From Eledone cirrhosa (lineage: Eukaryota): a DNA stretch of 64,000 nt. The DNA is taken from positions 18,972,001 through 19,036,000 of the forward strand of contig OZ024760.1 of assembly GCA_964016885.1 (NCBI GenBank), read 5' to 3'. Positions 60,268 to 64,000 of this stretch are shown here, one piece after another. Position 1 is the stretch's first letter. Each line of letters opens with the position of its first letter. A program made the position numbers and the translations under genes. The notes under the pieces were generated by a model that saw only the letters and a list, made by a program, of their open reading frames with translations, was not told the origin of the DNA and ran no database searches.

Positions 60268-60301
60268 CTAAAGTATCGCTAAAAAGCTTTCTCCGATATT
60301 G

Positions 60302-60332
<31 letters not shown>

Positions 60333-60557
60333 GTAAGTATCATGTATATATATATATCATGTATATATATATATGTATCATGTATATATATATATATATA
60401 TATGTATCATGTATATATATTAATATATATATATATATATGTATCATGTATATATATATTAATATATATATATATGTATCATGTATATATATATTAATAT
60501 ATATATATATATGTATCATGTATATATATATTAATATATATATATATATGTATCATG

Positions 60558-60588
<31 letters not shown>

Positions 60589-60676
60589 CATGTATATATA
60601 TAAATATATATATATATATATAGGTATCATGTATATATATAAATATATATATATATATATGTATCATGTATATAAG

Positions 60677-60709
<33 letters not shown>

Positions 60710-60849
60710 CATGTATATATATAAATATATATATATATATAGGTATCATGTATATATATAAATATATATATATGTATCATGTATATAAGTATATATATAT
60801 GTATCATGTATATATATAAATATATATATATATATATGTATATATATAA

Positions 60850-60916
<67 letters not shown>

Positions 60917-60971
60917 TATATACGTATCATGTATATATAGATAAATATATAAATATATATATGTAAGTATC

Positions 60972-61030
<59 letters not shown>

Positions 61031-61473
61031 TACCGGAATATATTTATCTATCAACAAATAATATAGATATTTCATCAAATAATTTCTGATCATGGCCATG
61101 CGATAAAAATATCGATTTTATCATTATCATCATTATTATTATTTTGTTTTCACTCGTAGAAATTTAAATATGTCCGTGAATAACATTTATTTTGAAATGT
61201 TCACCATATTTCACTTTTAGTGTTCCTATAAAAATGGTGGAACTTTCGTTTGTTTTAGTTTTTTTTTAATCAGAAGAGACAAGAGTGGTTGCCAACACCA
61301 TTTAAGTTATTAAAAACGCCGCAATCGTCCCAATTTCTTTCGACATCGATACATTGGGTATCGAATTGGCAGACGTCTATTGAGTATAAAATTAAATGTC
61401 CTAAGTCTGTCTGAAGCCTGGAGTCTAATTAGGTTGGTTCTAATCACAGTTTTCTCTTGGCGTTATATATATA

Positions 61474-61658
61474 TGGTGGATTGGAAGTATCGGTAGAGAG
61501 TCGGACGCCATGCTTTCCAGCATAGTTACGTCCCTTTACGGTCTGAGTTCAAATCCCGCCGAGGTTAACTTTGCCTTTCATCCTTACGGGGTCGATAGAA
61601 TAAAGTACCATTAATACACTGCGTAATTGCTGGCCTTGTGCCTAAAGTAGAAACAGTT
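61474..61658 (+). mobile_element. Major SINE
   Basis: Consensus match. Confidence 0.9.
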
Positions 61659-63260
61659 ATATATATATATATATATATATATTGGTGTTGTGTTGGTGGT
61701 GGGGTTGTGTTGTGTTGGTGGTGTGGGCGACAGTTTATGATGTGTTGGTAGTGTGATTGTGTTGTGTTTTGTTGGCGGCTGTTTTGTGCTGGTGGTGGGG
61801 TTTGTTGTTGGTGGTGATGGTTGGTGTTGTTGTTGGTTTTGGGTTGTGTTGGTGGTGGTGTTGCTGTTGGTGGTGTTGCTGTTGGTGGTGTTGGTGTGGG
61901 CAACAGTTTGTGTTGTTGGTGTTGGTGGTGTTGGGGGTGGTGGTGGTGCTGTTGATGGTGTTGGAGTTGTTCATGGTGTTGGTGGTGGTGTTGTGTTGGT
62001 GGTGTGGATGGTGTTGGTGGTGTTGATGGTGGTGTTGTGTGGATGGTGTTGGTGGTGTTGATGGTGGTGTTGTGTTGGTGGTGTGGGTGTTGATGGTGGT
62101 GTTGTGTTGGTGGTATTGGCTGTGTTGTTTGTTGTGTTGTTTGTGTTGTTTGTGTTGGTGGTGTTGGTGTTGTTGTTGGTGTAGGCGTCAGGTCATGTTC
62201 TTGGTGGTGGTATTGATGGTGGTATTTATGCTGGTGTAGGTGATAGGTCGTGTTGATGGTGTAGGTGATAGATTATGTTGGTAGTGGGTGTGTTGGTGGT
62301 GTTGGTGTTGTTGTTGCTTATGGTGGTGGGTTTAAACTAAGTTAAAAACAACAACAACTCAACCCACAAGGCTAACCTTAACAACAAGAAGACACTGAAG
62401 TCGTTGATAGGAAATAAATTGACATTTTAAAAGGGAAACATCGGAATACTTAATAGTGAAATAATTCCATGGAAACAAAGATGTTTTGGAATTCCTTAAT
62501 TTAATCTATCGCGACAATATCCTCATTCTTATTATACGCAGAGGAATACATTTCCAAGATTAAGCTGCCATGATCGTCATCTTTATTACCAGCAACAGAA
62601 GCAGCAACGACAGCAGTAGCAACAGCAGCAGAAGCAACAATAACAACAGCAATAGGAGCAGAAGCAACAGTAACAACAGCAGAAGCAACAACAGCAACAG
62701 CACCAACACTTCAGCAGAAGCAACAACAGCAACAACAACAGCAGCAACAACAACAACAATAACAACAGCAATATCATCATCAGCAACAACAGCAGCAACA
62801 ACAATAACAGCAACAGCACTACTCGATAATATCTTTTCTTTGTGTTTGTATAAGGTGATAAATTTTGACAAAGTGTGAAATATATTCGCTGCGATGTCTA
62901 TGACAATTTATGACCAAATGTCGTAGAAACGACTTTGGTTTCGACAGACAGCGACTGTTTTAAGGCAGCTCATTGAAATTAAGATGTAGGTGGCTGAGCA
63001 TTCCTCAGACGCATGTACACCGTATAAGAATTGTATTGGAATAATTGATAAATATATATATTAATTTATACAACCTTCGATATATATATATGTGTGTGTC
63101 TTATGGTAGCTAAGATGCTTCCATAGGCGGTATGCCGGTTGAGCACTCTATGCTCTTACAGAGCAGAGTATGATAGAATAGAAGACGAAAAAGAGAGAAT
63201 ATGCTCCGAAATCATTAGACGTGTCCGTCGAACCTGCGGGTCCAGAATCAGACAGACCCA

Positions 63261-64000
63261 CACAGTGACTGGAGCAAGGCAACTCTCCTACCCTTCTTCA
63301 AAAAGGGTGACAGGAAACTGTGTTCCAACTACAGGGGTATCAGTTTAATTGACGTTGCTGCCAAGAATTTCGCAATTCTTCTGCTGAAGAGGTTCCAGGC
63401 CATCCGTGATATCCGTACCCGTCCTTCTCAGGGCGGCTTCCGCCCGGGGAGGGCGTGCGTTGATCAAATCTTCATTCTCCGGCGTGTCCTGGAACAACGG
63501 TGGGCACGTCAACAGCCTATCGCCCTCTGCTTCATCGACTTTGCAGCTGCCTTCGACTTGGTAGATCGGGAAGCCCTATGGCTTATAATGCAGAAGGACG
63601 GCATCCCAGTGAAGTTGCTTCATCTCATACAAGGCTATTACCGGTCGACTCGGGCTCGAGTGAGGGTTTATGGTGGGGAGACGGAGTCGTTCGATGTTGG
63701 GACCAGTGTTCGGCAGGGCTGTGCTCTATCGCCAATTCTCTTTAACTACGCCATTGACTACACTCTCAACACAGCGCTCCAGGATTACCCGGGCGTAGAG
63801 GTCGGAAGAGGGGTCGTGGTGACGGACCTGGCCTACGCGGATGACATCGTGCTGATGGGCGTTAACGGGACAGATGTACAAGGTGCTCTCGAAAGGGTGC
63901 ACACTGCAGCTGCCGCCAAGTCGAAGGTCATGACGTCACTGGTCTCGCCTGATGCCTGGCAGCCAATATCTCTCGAGGGTGTGGACTTGGAGGAAGTGGA
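63261..64000 (+). mobile_element. RTE-clade non-LTR retrotransposon reverse transcriptase fragment (frame open to the window edge)
   Basis: DWSKATLLPFFKKGDRKLCSNYRGISL...QGGFRPGRACVDQIF...FIDFAAAFD...VRQGCALSPILFN...LAYADDIVL. Confidence 0.92.

Overview
AT-rich, repeat-dominated eukaryotic non-coding DNA (intron or intergenic). The SINE, LINE and microsatellite content fits an octopod cephalopod (inference from repeat families; no search was run). I found no intact host gene, and nearly all supplied ORFs are translations of (TA)n, (TG)n, (TTC)n or (CAC)n microsatellites. Supported content: many copies of a tRNA-derived SINE, CORE-type SINE fragments, RTE- and Tx1-clade LINE fragments (including an open RT frame running off the right edge), a ~600-bp non-autonomous RTE derivative in 3 copies, and several mini- and tandem satellites. 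The main signal is a dense set of short, non-coding elements from several unrelated families, mostly embedded in (TA)n. They carry type I hammerhead ribozyme motifs (CUGAnGA...GAAA...UH, usually with a palindromic stem III) and are often arranged as fold-back inverted repeats. This architecture matches Penelope-like element (PLE) pLTR remnants or retrozyme-like elements. Coordinates were counted by hand and may be off by a few bases.
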